Assembly (NCBI GenBank): GCA_963792585.1
Contig: CAWBWI010000004.1
Coordinates: 192,001 to 256,000, forward strand
Source of the DNA: Candidatus Eiseniibacteriota bacterium
Lineage (GTDB): Bacteria > Eisenbacteria > RBG-16-71-46 > CAIMUX01 > VGJL01
Length of the DNA: 64,000 nucleotides
Reading direction: 5' to 3'
Position 1 is the first letter of the stretch, and the number at the start of each line of letters is the position of its first letter. Positions 40,201 to 50,541 of the stretch are shown one piece after another. The notes beneath the pieces were generated by a model, which saw only the letters and a program-made list of their open reading frames with translations, did no database searches and was not told where the DNA came from. The position numbers and the translations under genes were made by a program.

Positions 40201-41585
40201 TCGGCCGGGAGTTCCTCAGCTTCGCCGCGGGCAACCTCTGGCGGATGAAGCTACGCGCGGGACTGACGATCAGCGGCGTCGTGATCGGCATCGGAGCCTT
40301 GGTCGCGATGCTCTCCTTCGCCAATGGCGTCCAGCGAAACGTATCGGGTGAGTTTCGGAAACTCGGGCTCTTCCGAACGATGCAGGTCTTCTCCGGGGCG
40401 GTTCCCGCATTCGGCGAGCGCCGCGCCGCCCAGGTCCCCGACACGACGAAGGGTCCCCCCCTGAACGCCGCCACGCTGGCGAAGATCAAGACGATCGATG
40501 GGGTCGCGCTCGTCTATCCACAACTGACGTTCGACGCGCGCATCGAAGGCCTGGGAACCGCTGCGACGGCCAAGGTCCAAGGACTCCCCGCATCGTTCGT
40601 GACGCAGCGCCCGTTCGGGGAGATGCGGGGGCGCTTCTTCGACTCCGACACGGCACATGAGGCGGTCGTCAGCACCAAATGGCTCACGCGCCAGAAGCTC
40701 CAACCCGACTCGGCCATGGGCAGGACCCTGACCGTACGGGCGACGGGAAGCGGCGAGATCTTCATCCTCCTCGCCACGAGAGAGCTGACGCGAATCGGCA
40801 TCCCGGAGCGGACCGTCTCCACTCTGGGCGAGGCGGCGAAGAAGATCCTGCCGATTCTTCGCGGTTCTCCGAACAGCAGCTTTCGCGTAGTCGGGATCAC
40901 CGACTTCGAATCGGGCTTCGGTTTCGACATGGGGAGCATCCTCGTTCCGATCGGCGCGGCGGAGCGGATCGACGCCATTTCGTTCAGCGATCCGACGGAG
41001 CTGCTGAAGCTCCTCTCCGAGCCGTCGAAGGGAGGATGGCCCCTGCTCGTCGTCACGGTCACGGACCAACGCGTCTACCCGCGCGTCAGGGCCGAGATCG
41101 AGGCCATGGGCCTGCACGTCTTCAGCTTTCTCGACCAGTTCGAGGAGATGCGGAAGTCCTTTCTGATCTTCGACGCGATCGTCGGGGCGATCGGCTTTCT
41201 GGCCCTCTTCATCGCCTCCCTCTCGATCGTGAACACGATGGTGATGTCGATCATCGAGCGGACCCGGGAAATAGGGATCCTCAAGTCCCTTGGCGCGGAG
41301 GAAGGACAGATTCGCCTCCTCTTCCTCGTCGAGTCCGGTCTGATCGGTCTCCTCGGCTCCGTGGGGGGGGTGCTCCTCGGCTACGGGGTCAGCCGGATCG
41401 GCGCCTATGTCCTTCGGCGCGTCATGGTCGCGCAGCACGTGCCGCCGGTCGACCTCTTCTGCCTGTCGGTCTGGATCGCCCTGGGAGCCATCGCATTCGG
41501 CGTGGGGGTGAGCCTGCTGGCCGGCCTCTACCCTGCTGCGCGGGCCGCCCGCGTCGATCCGGTGCAGGCGCTCCGGCAGGAATAG
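40197..41585 (+). CDS. ABC transporter permease (MacB/FtsX-like)
   Basis: LTISGVVIGIG, periplasmic loop, ERTREIGILKSLGA, GLYPAARAARVDPVQALR. Confidence 0.92.
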   Translation: MIGREFLSFAAGNLWRMKLRAGLTISGVVIGIGALVAMLSFANGVQRNVSGEFRKLGLFRTMQVFSGAVPAFGERRAAQVPDTTKGPPLNAATLAKIKTIDGVALVYPQLTFDARIEGLGTAATAKVQGLPASFVTQRPFGEMRGRFFDSDTAHEAVVSTKWLTRQKLQPDSAMGRTLTVRATGSGEIFILLATRELTRIGIPERTVSTLGEAAKKILPILRGSPNSSFRVVGITDFESGFGFDMGSILVPIGAAERIDAISFSDPTELLKLLSEPSKGGWPLLVVTVTDQRVYPRVRAEIEAMGLHVFSFLDQFEEMRKSFLIFDAIVGAIGFLALFIASLSIVNTMVMSIIERTREIGILKSLGAEEGQIRLLFLVESGLIGLLGSVGGVLLGYGVSRIGAYVLRRVMVAQHVPPVDLFCLSVWIALGAIAFGVGVSLLAGLYPAARAARVDPVQALRQE

Positions 41586-41697
41586 CCGACTACAATAACG
41601 ATGGGAATGTACGTCGTCCCGCCGCGGACTCCCGCGACGACCATCCAGTCGTCAACACCTTTGAACCACTAGCCGGAACCGCACTCAGTTCACAGAC

Positions 41698-44600
41698 TCA
41701 GACAACCTCGACGAATTCGATGAACACGAGCCGCCGGTCCTTCTTCGTCGGGAACCGGTCGTAGGGCGACGCGTCGTCCACGAGGTACTCCTCGTATTCC
41801 GCGATGGCGAGGCGGTAACGTGCGCCGTCGTGGGGGACCTCAGGAAGCGTCACGGACCCATCCCAGAGGACCGGCGTGACAAAGATGTGGTCGATCAGAT
41901 CCTCATCGAGGATGGCCTCGAATTCGCGGTGGATCATCAGATCGGAAGCGCGGGAGCGCACATGTGCGACCGCCGGCTTCGACACGATATCGGGACGCGC
42001 GAGCACGTTCGCTCGTCGGTCCTGCACGATCGCGTCGGGGACGCGTTTCCAACCGAAGTCCTCCCCCAACGAGGCATCGAGCCGCTCCACCCAGACTTCC
42101 ACGACGCTCGATGGCGCCACGCTCGGCGCGTGCAGATCGAGGATCGTACCGTCGGGGAGGCGCTGGCTTGCCGCCGGCGCGCGGACCGCCTCCACGTGGC
42201 CGCTCGAGTCCGTGAAGGTATGCCCGAAGACCTTCACAAGCCGTGTCCGCCGCTCGCGCGTTTGGGTCACATTCAGCCAGCGATCCGGCACCAGCGGCAT
42301 GAAATCGGCCAGGACCACGTTCGACAGGTGGGCGCCGTGAAGGGCGACCGGCTGGTAGCGGGCCAGGGCCAGCCGGACGAACGGAAAATAGGCCGCGCCC
42401 CATGCGACCTCGATGTCGCAATACCAGAGCTTCCGCTCATCATCGTAGTGAACGTCGTGCGGGGCGATGTCGACCACCGTGTCCGCGGTCGGGCTGCGCA
42501 ACTCGGGATGTTCGAGCCCCGTCGTCTGAAACGGTCCCGCGGGCTGATCCGCCTCTTCCGCCGGCGCGAAGGTCGGCAGCCACTTCCCGTCCGGGTCAGC
42601 GGCTGTGCGCGCGAGCGGGAAGCTCCCGCGCCCCGGCGAGGAGCCCGACACGAATGGACTGAGCCAGATCGGATCGTTGCCCCATTGCGTCACGAAGTTC
42701 TTGAGCGGCTGTCCCGTGGGCTTGTCGTTCGGATCGTCCTTGAACGCCGCGCCGGGCAGCACGACGGCCAGCATCTCCCCGTAACCGGAGGCATTCCAGT
42801 TCCGGTTCAGGTAGACGCGCAGGCCCCCGCCCCGACGCCAGCTGGTCTTCCTCGCCTCGTCGCCTGAACGCACCCAGCCGAAGGTTGGCACGACATAGAG
42901 CACCTCCGGCGCCGGCGGCGGCGCAGAGCACGGTATCCACGTCCGCAGCTTCGGACCGACGACCTTGATGTTCTCCTCCGTCGTCCGTGTCTCGCCCCCG
43001 ACCACCTCCGTCAGAAGGCTCGCCGGCAAGAACTCACGAAACTTCGAGGTCGCCTCGATCCAGTATTCGATCCTCCGGTACCGTGTGTCGTGGAACTCGT
43101 GCATCTTCTGCGGTAGACGGTCATGAATCCGTCTCCCGACCCCGATGAGATCGGTCCCCTGCGGGATGTAGTCCGGGTTGCCCGCGTAGGACTTCGCATC
43201 GGTGATCTTGACCGAGAACGCGTGGTCCATGCGCGCGCGATTCTCGAGCACGTCCGCCTCACCGTCCTCGAACGGATCATTCCAGTTGGCGCGCAGATCG
43301 ATCCGATCGGTGCTCGCGATGCTGCACGGGGCGATGAAACTCGGCAGGGCGAACGTCGCATTGTCATGACGCTCCACGGTGAGCTTCATCAGTTCCGGCG
43401 TGATGAGCGGCCGCTGGACCGCGTGGACGAGTTCGATGTTGCGCCAGGGCGTGAGCATCCAGTGCTGCCCACGGCGCGCGAGCTTCTCGAGGGTGGTCGG
43501 CTGACCGTTGATGACGACCGTCTTCGTCTGCTGGGCGGCCGTCAGCCAGTTCCAGACGCCCAGAATCCGCAGTGCTTCGTCGTTTGGTCGGACGCTGAGA
43601 CGCAACGTGCAGCGCGACGCCTTCGGGAGTGGGATGAAGAGCGTACGCGCCGCGGCATCGTAATGCGGCGCCTCCCCGGGATCGTCGTAGATCTCGACCT
43701 TGAAGGGCAGCGCATCCGGCCACCCCGTGCCGTCGTAGAGTGGGATCGAGAGCAGCTTGCTGTCGGGAAAGCTCGGGTGATCGAAGATCCTCGCCGCGAT
43801 CTCCATCGCGAGCGGATCGGGGATGTACGGCAGCGCATCGCCATCGATCAGGGCGGCATAACCCGCCTCCACCGGTGCGCCCCCGGCCAGCGGACCCGCG
43901 GTGAGGATCTTCTCCTCGGGGAGGGAGTCGTCCTTCGCCGCGAGCATCGCGAAGAAGGCCGGATCCACGATCCCGGCGGCATCGAGCATCCCGTGCTGCT
44001 CCGCATCGCGCTGCGTGATCCGGCTCGGCACGGAGAATCGGCGCGCCCTCTGCACCGTCGGAACGACGTTCAATGGTGGAGTGTCGTTGAAGCTGCGAAT
44101 GGCCATCCGCTCCATCGACTCGCCCTCGGCCGGCGCGTCGATCGTCGCGGGCGTCGGCTTCACGAGCGCGATGGCGGGAGCCGAGATCGGCTCGTAGCGG
44201 TAGTAGGGCTGGGCGAGATTCTTCGGCGGCTCGGAACCGAAGTCCTTCGGCTGCAACGCCAGCGAGTTTCCCGCGAGATCGACCACGCGCGCGCGGAGCC
44301 GGTAGCTGCGGCCGTATCGCAACCTCGGCAACGAACCCGCCACGGCCTTGAACGCGCTCTTGAGCCGCAACCCAGGGGGCACCTCCGCCTCGGCGTCGGT
44401 CACCGGATCGCTGTGGTCGGTCGGATCGTGCGCGATTGTCCTGCCGGGCGCCGGCGCGCACAGGCTCCACCCAGGCCAGGCGACGAGCGTCTCGTGCAGC
44501 CATATGATGTCCGGGTTGCTCGCCGGATCGGGGGATGTCGTCGCCGCGAGCCGCACCGTGCCCTCTTCCTCCGGCACATTGATGACGGCCGCGCCACCGT

Positions 44601-46047
44601 CGACTTCATAGTTCGCCTGCCTCCGGCAGAGGGAGTGCCAGCGACCGGAAACACTATCCCAGATGTCGACGCGATACCCGCGCACCAGGTCCTCGGCATG
44701 GAGCGCCGGAGGAGGGGGCGGATTCGGGACGCCCTGCCGGATCTTCTCGGCGGCGGCGTTGAACTGCGCCTGACGCGCGATCGCATTCTTGAGCATGTCG
44801 GCGCGCTGCGTGTGGACGAGGACGAGTCCGGCGTTGCGGAGCGCCGGCGCCCCGAGCTCCCGCTTCTGTTTCGTCACCGGGTCCGTCTGGTGGTCCGGTT
44901 CCCCTCGCATGGTCAGCAAGGACCTCGCGAAGTTCGTCACCTTGAGACCCGCCCCGTCCACATCGGTCTGGACGAAGCGGAACGTATTGGGATCGAGATC
45001 GAGGAGGCCGTCCGCGACCCGAAAGTCCCCCGGCTTCGGGGCTGGTCTCGGCACCGCCTGAAAGCGACTGCCGTCGAGAAGCGTGTGGGTCCGCGGCGAC
45101 GCGTCCGGCATGCGCTCCACGTCGGGTGAGCCCTGCGGAAGCTCCACCTCGACCCAGAGCAGGGCGTCCGGCGCCGGGGGGAACGCGTCCCGCGCGATGA
45201 GCAGATCCACCGTGAGGCCGAGCCGTCTCAGAAGCGTCGGATACTGATTCATCGCTGCGACGATCCGATGGAAGTCGATCTGGTTCTGGAACTCGGCCGG
45301 CTTCGGAAGTTCCGTCCGTTCGTAGCCGAGCCACTCCGCCCGCGATCTCGCTTCCTCCGGAGGAACGTCGTACCGGTCGCGCCTCGGCGTCGAGGGGGGC
45401 GTGTGGAAGAGCTGGAAGCGCGCGAGATCGGAGGGGAGGTTACGCTTGTCGAACGCGTGGTTCTTGAACGCAGCGAACTGTCTCGCGGGATTCCGGACCG
45501 CGGTGAATCGCCCCGTCTTGCGATCGCGCTTGCGGTCGACGAACTCTTCATCCAGGCGTGCCACGGCATTCAGCACCTCGCCCCATGCCGGGTCATCGAG
45601 GAAGGCGGAGGCCTCCGGCAGTTGATCCGACGCCGAGGCCGCAAGCCGGCTGTAGAGGCCCCGGACCAACGCGTCCATCTCCACGGCCGGATACGAGAGC
45701 ACGGAATGCTGCGAGAGGTCCCGGAATTGGAAGCCCTGCACGAACGTCTCCTTCGGAAACAGGGCGGTCCACACGACGGAGTCGGGCAGGCCGAGTCGGT
45801 CCCCGACGCGGGTCGGCCCCTGGAAGTCGTGCCCGGAGATGGTCACGGCAGGGGCCGCACCGAAGTGCACCGTGAAGCGCGCTTGCGCGAGCGTCGCCGG
45901 CCAGTCCTCGAAGTCGGGAAACTCCTGCAGCTCCGGGTTGGCGCTCGGCTCGAGCCGCGGGGAAACCATCACCGACAACCGGAGCGAGCGACCGTCATCG
46001 CTATAGCCGTTGGGCAGCGCGGTCCAGAGAGTGGTTTGCTTGGCCAT
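41698..46047 (-). CDS. Large hypothetical protein (~1449 aa)
   Basis: Long uninterrupted ORF with GC-typical codon usage; ATG 1 nt after the upstream stop; no recognisable catalytic motif. Confidence 0.85.
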   Translation of the reverse strand: MAKQTTLWTALPNGYSDDGRSLRLSVMVSPRLEPSANPELQEFPDFEDWPATLAQARFTVHFGAAPAVTISGHDFQGPTRVGDRLGLPDSVVWTALFPKETFVQGFQFRDLSQHSVLSYPAVEMDALVRGLYSRLAASASDQLPEASAFLDDPAWGEVLNAVARLDEEFVDRKRDRKTGRFTAVRNPARQFAAFKNHAFDKRNLPSDLARFQLFHTPPSTPRRDRYDVPPEEARSRAEWLGYERTELPKPAEFQNQIDFHRIVAAMNQYPTLLRRLGLTVDLLIARDAFPPAPDALLWVEVELPQGSPDVERMPDASPRTHTLLDGSRFQAVPRPAPKPGDFRVADGLLDLDPNTFRFVQTDVDGAGLKVTNFARSLLTMRGEPDHQTDPVTKQKRELGAPALRNAGLVLVHTQRADMLKNAIARQAQFNAAAEKIRQGVPNPPPPPALHAEDLVRGYRVDIWDSVSGRWHSLCRRQANYEVDGGAAVINVPEEEGTVRLAATTSPDPASNPDIIWLHETLVAWPGWSLCAPAPGRTIAHDPTDHSDPVTDAEAEVPPGLRLKSAFKAVAGSLPRLRYGRSYRLRARVVDLAGNSLALQPKDFGSEPPKNLAQPYYRYEPISAPAIALVKPTPATIDAPAEGESMERMAIRSFNDTPPLNVVPTVQRARRFSVPSRITQRDAEQHGMLDAAGIVDPAFFAMLAAKDDSLPEEKILTAGPLAGGAPVEAGYAALIDGDALPYIPDPLAMEIAARIFDHPSFPDSKLLSIPLYDGTGWPDALPFKVEIYDDPGEAPHYDAAARTLFIPLPKASRCTLRLSVRPNDEALRILGVWNWLTAAQQTKTVVINGQPTTLEKLARRGQHWMLTPWRNIELVHAVQRPLITPELMKLTVERHDNATFALPSFIAPCSIASTDRIDLRANWNDPFEDGEADVLENRARMDHAFSVKITDAKSYAGNPDYIPQGTDLIGVGRRIHDRLPQKMHEFHDTRYRRIEYWIEATSKFREFLPASLLTEVVGGETRTTEENIKVVGPKLRTWIPCSAPPPAPEVLYVVPTFGWVRSGDEARKTSWRRGGGLRVYLNRNWNASGYGEMLAVVLPGAAFKDDPNDKPTGQPLKNFVTQWGNDPIWLSPFVSGSSPGRGSFPLARTAADPDGKWLPTFAPAEEADQPAGPFQTTGLEHPELRSPTADTVVDIAPHDVHYDDERKLWYCDIEVAWGAAYFPFVRLALARYQPVALHGAHLSNVVLADFMPLVPDRWLNVTQTRERRTRLVKVFGHTFTDSSGHVEAVRAPAASQRLPDGTILDLHAPSVAPSSVVEVWVERLDASLGEDFGWKRVPDAIVQDRRANVLARPDIVSKPAVAHVRSRASDLMIHREFEAILDEDLIDHIFVTPVLWDGSVTLPEVPHDGARYRLAIAEYEEYLVDDASPYDRFPTKKDRRLVFIEFVEVV

Positions 46048-46048
46048 G

Positions 46049-49000
46049 TCAGGCAGCCTCCGTCGCGAATGCTCCGCAGTAGTCATTCCAGGTCGCTTGG
46101 TCGGGGATGAGCTCGATGAACTTCGGATCGCCCTCTGACCCCCCGAACTCGCGCCGGCACTTCACCGACACGCTGAAGCTGAGGAAGAGGACTTCGATCT
46201 CGACCTCGAGCGTCGCCTCGCCCCACATGACCGACTTTCCACCCTCTTTGAGGTAGGCGAGCTGGAGATTGAAGGTCAAAGATGCCGAGATGAGTCCGAG
46301 AACGGAGAGCTCCCCGTGCAGCCGCACGTAGCCCGCAAGCTCCACCGACGCCGTCTGCCAGTGGAAGTAGACGCCCGCCTTGATTTCCACGCTTCCGCTG
46401 GCAACGCCGAGATTGATCGAGAGCGCCGCGCCGAACTCGAGCGCCGCCTCGATCTCGCGGACCCCTTCGGTTCCGACGCAGATCGCGAAGAACCCACCCC
46501 CGCCCAGCAAGGACACCGTGAGACTGAACGGCCGCTGCCGCTCGGCGAAGTTGAATCGCACTTCCGCCGGCTTCCCGTCGAAGGGGAGCAGGAATCCCGC
46601 TCCCAGGGAGAGGTGCTCGAGGGCGAAGATGCCCACGCTCAGGTTCGGGATGTTCACCGAGTAGCTCGCCTTGATCCCGCTTGGCGTGACCGACAGTGCG
46701 GGAGGATCGCTGAAGCCGTTCGACGGGATGATCTTCCGGATCTCGTTGACGAACTCGAGCGGCCCGCCGAATGCGATCGCTTCGTCGCCGGGGTGGAGAT
46801 CGACTGCGACATCAGGCTTCGCCCCCGTCCTCGCGTTGAATTCGAGTCTGTCGAACCAGACGGCGACGAAGCCGAAGAGATTGACCTTGAAGTGCACGAT
46901 CGACGCCGTCGCGTTGAAAGTCGTCGCCGCTGGATTTGCGGTCGGCGCGCTGACCAGGCCGTGCATCTCCATCAGCGATGCTCCGCCCGCGTCGGGGACG
47001 AAGAGCCCGAGCGGATCGGACTTCTTGATCCTCGTGCTCCAGTCGAAGCGCGCCTCGATCTTGTCGGGGAGCTGCTTGCTCAGGAGCTTCGGCACGTCCG
47101 CTCCGGCCAGTGAGGTGGCCACCTCGAGGATCGTCCCGAGATCGACCCCGCCGAGGATCTTCGCGCCCTGGAAGAAGTCGGCCGGGTTGAACGTGTTGCC
47201 GATGACGTTGCCGAGGGCGGACTCGATATCCACCGGATTCGCAGGCGGCTTGGCCGCGACCGGCCCCATGATTCGTGAAAGACCCTGAATTGCCATGCCC
47301 GGCGTCGCCAGCCCGCCAAGCGCATCGCTCTTCACCTGCTCGCCGAACTGGAGCGGGAACGGCTCGAGCAGCTTCAGGAACAACTCGCCTGAGTTCCCTG
47401 CCCCGAAGCCGCCGGACGTCGTGTTGTAACGATCGGGGTAGGCCACACCCACGGTCGCGTCGGGCTTCTGCAGCAGTCGCTGGATCGCTGCGATCCCCAC
47501 GCGCGCGCGCTCGATCTCGGGATAGAATTGCGCCTCGTCGGTCGAGACGCCGCTCACGTTCGCCGCCCGGAAGACCAGCTCCTCCGTCGGCAGCCGCGGA
47601 TCCCCTTCCGCGCCGGGCTTGATCGGCGCGTAGCACACCGACGCGTTGCCGAGCGATGCGCGCCGCCGCGGATTGGCCGGTGTGAGGTTGTTCTGCTTGA
47701 TGATCTCCGCGATCACTTGCGGCTTCTCGTTGGCTTCCGAGCCGACGAAGAGCAACGGCATCGCAAAGGTCACGCGGGCGCCGCTGAGATCGGTCGCCGC
47801 GATCTGGAACAGGAAGTTGTTCGCGGGGCTGATCATCGGCCAGAAACACGCCCGGCGGGGCACGCCCGTCCCGGGGTTGTAGATGATGTTCCCGGGATCG
47901 GTGAGCTGGCATTCAGGCTTGTCCGGCGCCCGGAGGCTGGGGGTGACGCGCGTGAGGATCTCCACGTCCGTGAACGGGAAGTTCCGCCCCTCGAACTGAT
48001 GCCCCGCCCCGGTATAGTGTTTCCGGGGCTCGCGCACGATGATGAAGAAGCGCTGCCGCAGCACCGCCACGCGGTTCTTCGTCCCCGGGATGGACTCGAA
48101 CTTCCGCTCGGTCACCTTCACGAGCGAGGCCGCGTGCCGCAGGTCCTTCAGGAAGCCGCGATAGACGACGCGCACGTAGTGGTCGCGCCCCAGTGTAGCG
48201 ACGTGCCGCCACTCCTCGAGGCCGACTCCCATCGGCGCGGGCGGCTCCCAGTTGCCCTCCGCGTCGAGCAGCGCGCCGAGCGAGGAAAGGGCGAGCCGCC
48301 GCGCCCGGGCGGTGTGCGGACGGAAGGTGTGCCCGTGGCTGTCCAGTTCATCGAAGCCGGACATCAGCTTCACGAGCATCTCGCGGTCCAGGGGGTCGAG
48401 ACTCATCCGGAACGGCTTCAAGTCGTTCACGATGCCGACGATGTTCTCGAGTTGGTAGTCGGGCGACCAGAGTGCGCGGATAGCCGTCGCGGTATCCGGC
48501 CCGACATCGGCGGCGGACCCCGTGAGCCGGGTGTGCCACAGCTCGGTCCGGCCGTTGCGCTCTTGCGGCACCGTCCGGTGGTGCCAGCGCGACTCCGGGA
48601 CGGGGGAGAGGATCAGTCGGTATGGAAGCTCGAGCGCCGTCACATTGCCCGCCGGCTTGTGCGGGCCGAAGACGATCGGGAGGAATGGGAAGTCGTGGAT
48701 CTTGTCGATGATCGACGCGCCGACCCGATGCGCCGCAACCGCCTGCGTCGTCGTCAACGACAACGCGGCCGCGGCGGTCCTACGTCGGTCCGCGTCGCGC
48801 AGTGGCTCGAACCGTGCGCCCAGGACGTCGAGTTCCTCCTCCATCGCGTGGCGCAACGCCCCCGCGATGTCGCCCGCGCCGGCGTTGACCGCTTCGATCG
48901 CCTTGGTCGCGATGCGGCGCGCGGCCCCTGCGATCGAATGCTGGACCGCCTGAGCGCCCCCCAGACCGTCCACCAGGTCCTGTGTCGCCTGCGCCCACCC

Positions 49001-49744
49001 GCCCGATGCGACGACGCTGGCGAGCCATCGATCGTGGACGCCGAACTCCTTGAGCTGGAAACGCGGAGGATCGGGCACGGCGTTTATGTCCAGACGCATC
49101 GGCCACCGCCTGCACGCATCGAGGAGCGCCTCGATCGTGAAGGGAAGTTCCGCTTCGTCGGCAGGCATCGCAAAGGCAAGGCGGCTGTGACCCGCCATGC
49201 GGATCCTCGTGGACGGCATCGCCGGCAGTGGTTGGCCCGGCGAGGCCACATTCTTCGGGTCCACCGCCCCGGTCGTTTCCTTGAACTTGTCCTGACCGGT
49301 CGGGTTGCTCGGAACCTCGGGCCCGGTCGCATCGAGGAACGCTTCCTCGCCGAAACTCTGGGGCGGGAACTCGACGATCAGCGTCGCGGTGCCCGCAGGC
49401 TCCTTGCGCAGCAGTTTCGGTGCGCCATCCCCGACGGTCTCGAGGCGGAGATTCTCGAAGATGAAATCGCAGACCAGAAGGTCGTCAGGACGCATGTACG
49501 GGATGCGGAACTCCACCGGCAAGCGGGCCTTGCCGAGTTGGTCCCAGATCGCGCCTAGATCGACGAAGGACGCCGCGTCGGTGGCCGCGGCCGCAATCGC
49601 CGCTGAACGCGGCTTGGCCGCCGCGGCTTTCGCCGCACCATTCGGCTTGGAGGCCGCCTTCGCTGTTTGTGAGCGCTTGCCCGCAGACAACGTGGGAGAT
49701 TTCCTCTGCGCGGAATCTCGTTTGCGTGCTTTCTTCGCGGACAT
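46049..49744 (-). CDS. Large hypothetical protein (1231 aa) with Lys/Ala-rich N-terminus and beta-rich C-terminus
   Basis: Long ORF; GGAGG RBS upstream; C-terminal alternating hydrophobic beta-strand pattern. Confidence 0.85.
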   Translation of the reverse strand: MSAKKARKRDSAQRKSPTLSAGKRSQTAKAASKPNGAAKAAAAKPRSAAIAAAATDAASFVDLGAIWDQLGKARLPVEFRIPYMRPDDLLVCDFIFENLRLETVGDGAPKLLRKEPAGTATLIVEFPPQSFGEEAFLDATGPEVPSNPTGQDKFKETTGAVDPKNVASPGQPLPAMPSTRIRMAGHSRLAFAMPADEAELPFTIEALLDACRRWPMRLDINAVPDPPRFQLKEFGVHDRWLASVVASGGWAQATQDLVDGLGGAQAVQHSIAGAARRIATKAIEAVNAGAGDIAGALRHAMEEELDVLGARFEPLRDADRRRTAAAALSLTTTQAVAAHRVGASIIDKIHDFPFLPIVFGPHKPAGNVTALELPYRLILSPVPESRWHHRTVPQERNGRTELWHTRLTGSAADVGPDTATAIRALWSPDYQLENIVGIVNDLKPFRMSLDPLDREMLVKLMSGFDELDSHGHTFRPHTARARRLALSSLGALLDAEGNWEPPAPMGVGLEEWRHVATLGRDHYVRVVYRGFLKDLRHAASLVKVTERKFESIPGTKNRVAVLRQRFFIIVREPRKHYTGAGHQFEGRNFPFTDVEILTRVTPSLRAPDKPECQLTDPGNIIYNPGTGVPRRACFWPMISPANNFLFQIAATDLSGARVTFAMPLLFVGSEANEKPQVIAEIIKQNNLTPANPRRRASLGNASVCYAPIKPGAEGDPRLPTEELVFRAANVSGVSTDEAQFYPEIERARVGIAAIQRLLQKPDATVGVAYPDRYNTTSGGFGAGNSGELFLKLLEPFPLQFGEQVKSDALGGLATPGMAIQGLSRIMGPVAAKPPANPVDIESALGNVIGNTFNPADFFQGAKILGGVDLGTILEVATSLAGADVPKLLSKQLPDKIEARFDWSTRIKKSDPLGLFVPDAGGASLMEMHGLVSAPTANPAATTFNATASIVHFKVNLFGFVAVWFDRLEFNARTGAKPDVAVDLHPGDEAIAFGGPLEFVNEIRKIIPSNGFSDPPALSVTPSGIKASYSVNIPNLSVGIFALEHLSLGAGFLLPFDGKPAEVRFNFAERQRPFSLTVSLLGGGGFFAICVGTEGVREIEAALEFGAALSINLGVASGSVEIKAGVYFHWQTASVELAGYVRLHGELSVLGLISASLTFNLQLAYLKEGGKSVMWGEATLEVEIEVLFLSFSVSVKCRREFGGSEGDPKFIELIPDQATWNDYCGAFATEAA

Positions 49745-49968
49745 CTAGCCTCCGTGCGCGGTCCGAAATCGGAATTGGGGCGCCTCTGCACCCTCGATCC
49801 CCTGCGCGGCAACGAAGGAGGATAGCGAATTCCCCTAATCGTGCATGGATCTCTTGGAGGAAGTGCGCGCCAGCAAACGATCGAATTCGCCGCATTCGTG
49901 AGAAACAAGGGGGCTTTGATGAAACGCGTCGATGGGACCGCAATCTGCGTCTCCGGCGCATGTTCGGC

Positions 49969-50009
49969 TTGCGTTCCTGCTACATGTCGTTATATTCCTA
50001 TTTAGGAGT
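49969..50009 (+). promoter_or_regulatory. Sigma70-like promoter with overlapping inverted repeat (candidate PerR/Fur operator)
   Basis: TTGCGT (49969-49974), 16-nt spacer, TATATT (49991-49996); ATTCCTA-TT-TAGGAGT imperfect palindrome at 49994-50009. Confidence 0.55.
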
Positions 50010-50028
50010 TAGCTGCAGATAGGAAGGT

Positions 50029-50541
50029 ATGGTGAATACGGACAAGACCACGCTCGAGCGAAGGCTCGAGCGATTCCGGGCCGCCGCCAGGGCGTCGGGC
50101 GTCAAGCTGACGCATCAGCGCCTCGAGATCTTTCGGGAGGTCGCAGCGAGCCTGGAACACCCCGATGCCGAGGAGATATTCCGCGGCGTTCAGGCGCGGA
50201 TGCCGACCGTCTCGCTCGACACGGTCTACAGGACCCTCTGGACGCTCAACGACCTTGGGCTCATCACGACACTGGGCCCACGTCGCCAGAGCGTGCGATT
50301 CGACGCCAACCTCGAGCCCCACCACCACTACATCTGCGTCCGGTGCGGGTCGGCGAGGGACTTCAAGAGCACGAAGCTCAACACGCTTCGCATCCCCGAC
50401 GCCGTGAAGGCTCTCGGCAGCGTCGTCCTCACGCAGGTCGAAGTCCGCGGCATCTGCGACAAGTGTTCGAGAGAACAACCCAGGGAATCAGGAGCCGGGA
50501 AAACCACAAGGCCGAAGGGCCGGGACAGGAAGCAATCATGA
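50029..50541 (+). CDS. perR: Fur-family peroxide regulator (PerR-like)
   Basis: [40 protein letters not shown]-coupled to catalase. Confidence 0.8.
   Translation: MVNTDKTTLERRLERFRAAARASGVKLTHQRLEIFREVAASLEHPDAEEIFRGVQARMPTVSLDTVYRTLWTLNDLGLITTLGPRRQSVRFDANLEPHHHYICVRCGSARDFKSTKLNTLRIPDAVKALGSVVLTQVEVRGICDKCSREQPRESGAGKTTRPKGRDRKQS

Noticed and set aside
43123..49558. Long + strand ORFs (668 aa, 676 aa) antisense to the giant genes
   Set aside because: Typical shadow ORFs of high-GC coding sequence: Arg-rich, with no motifs.
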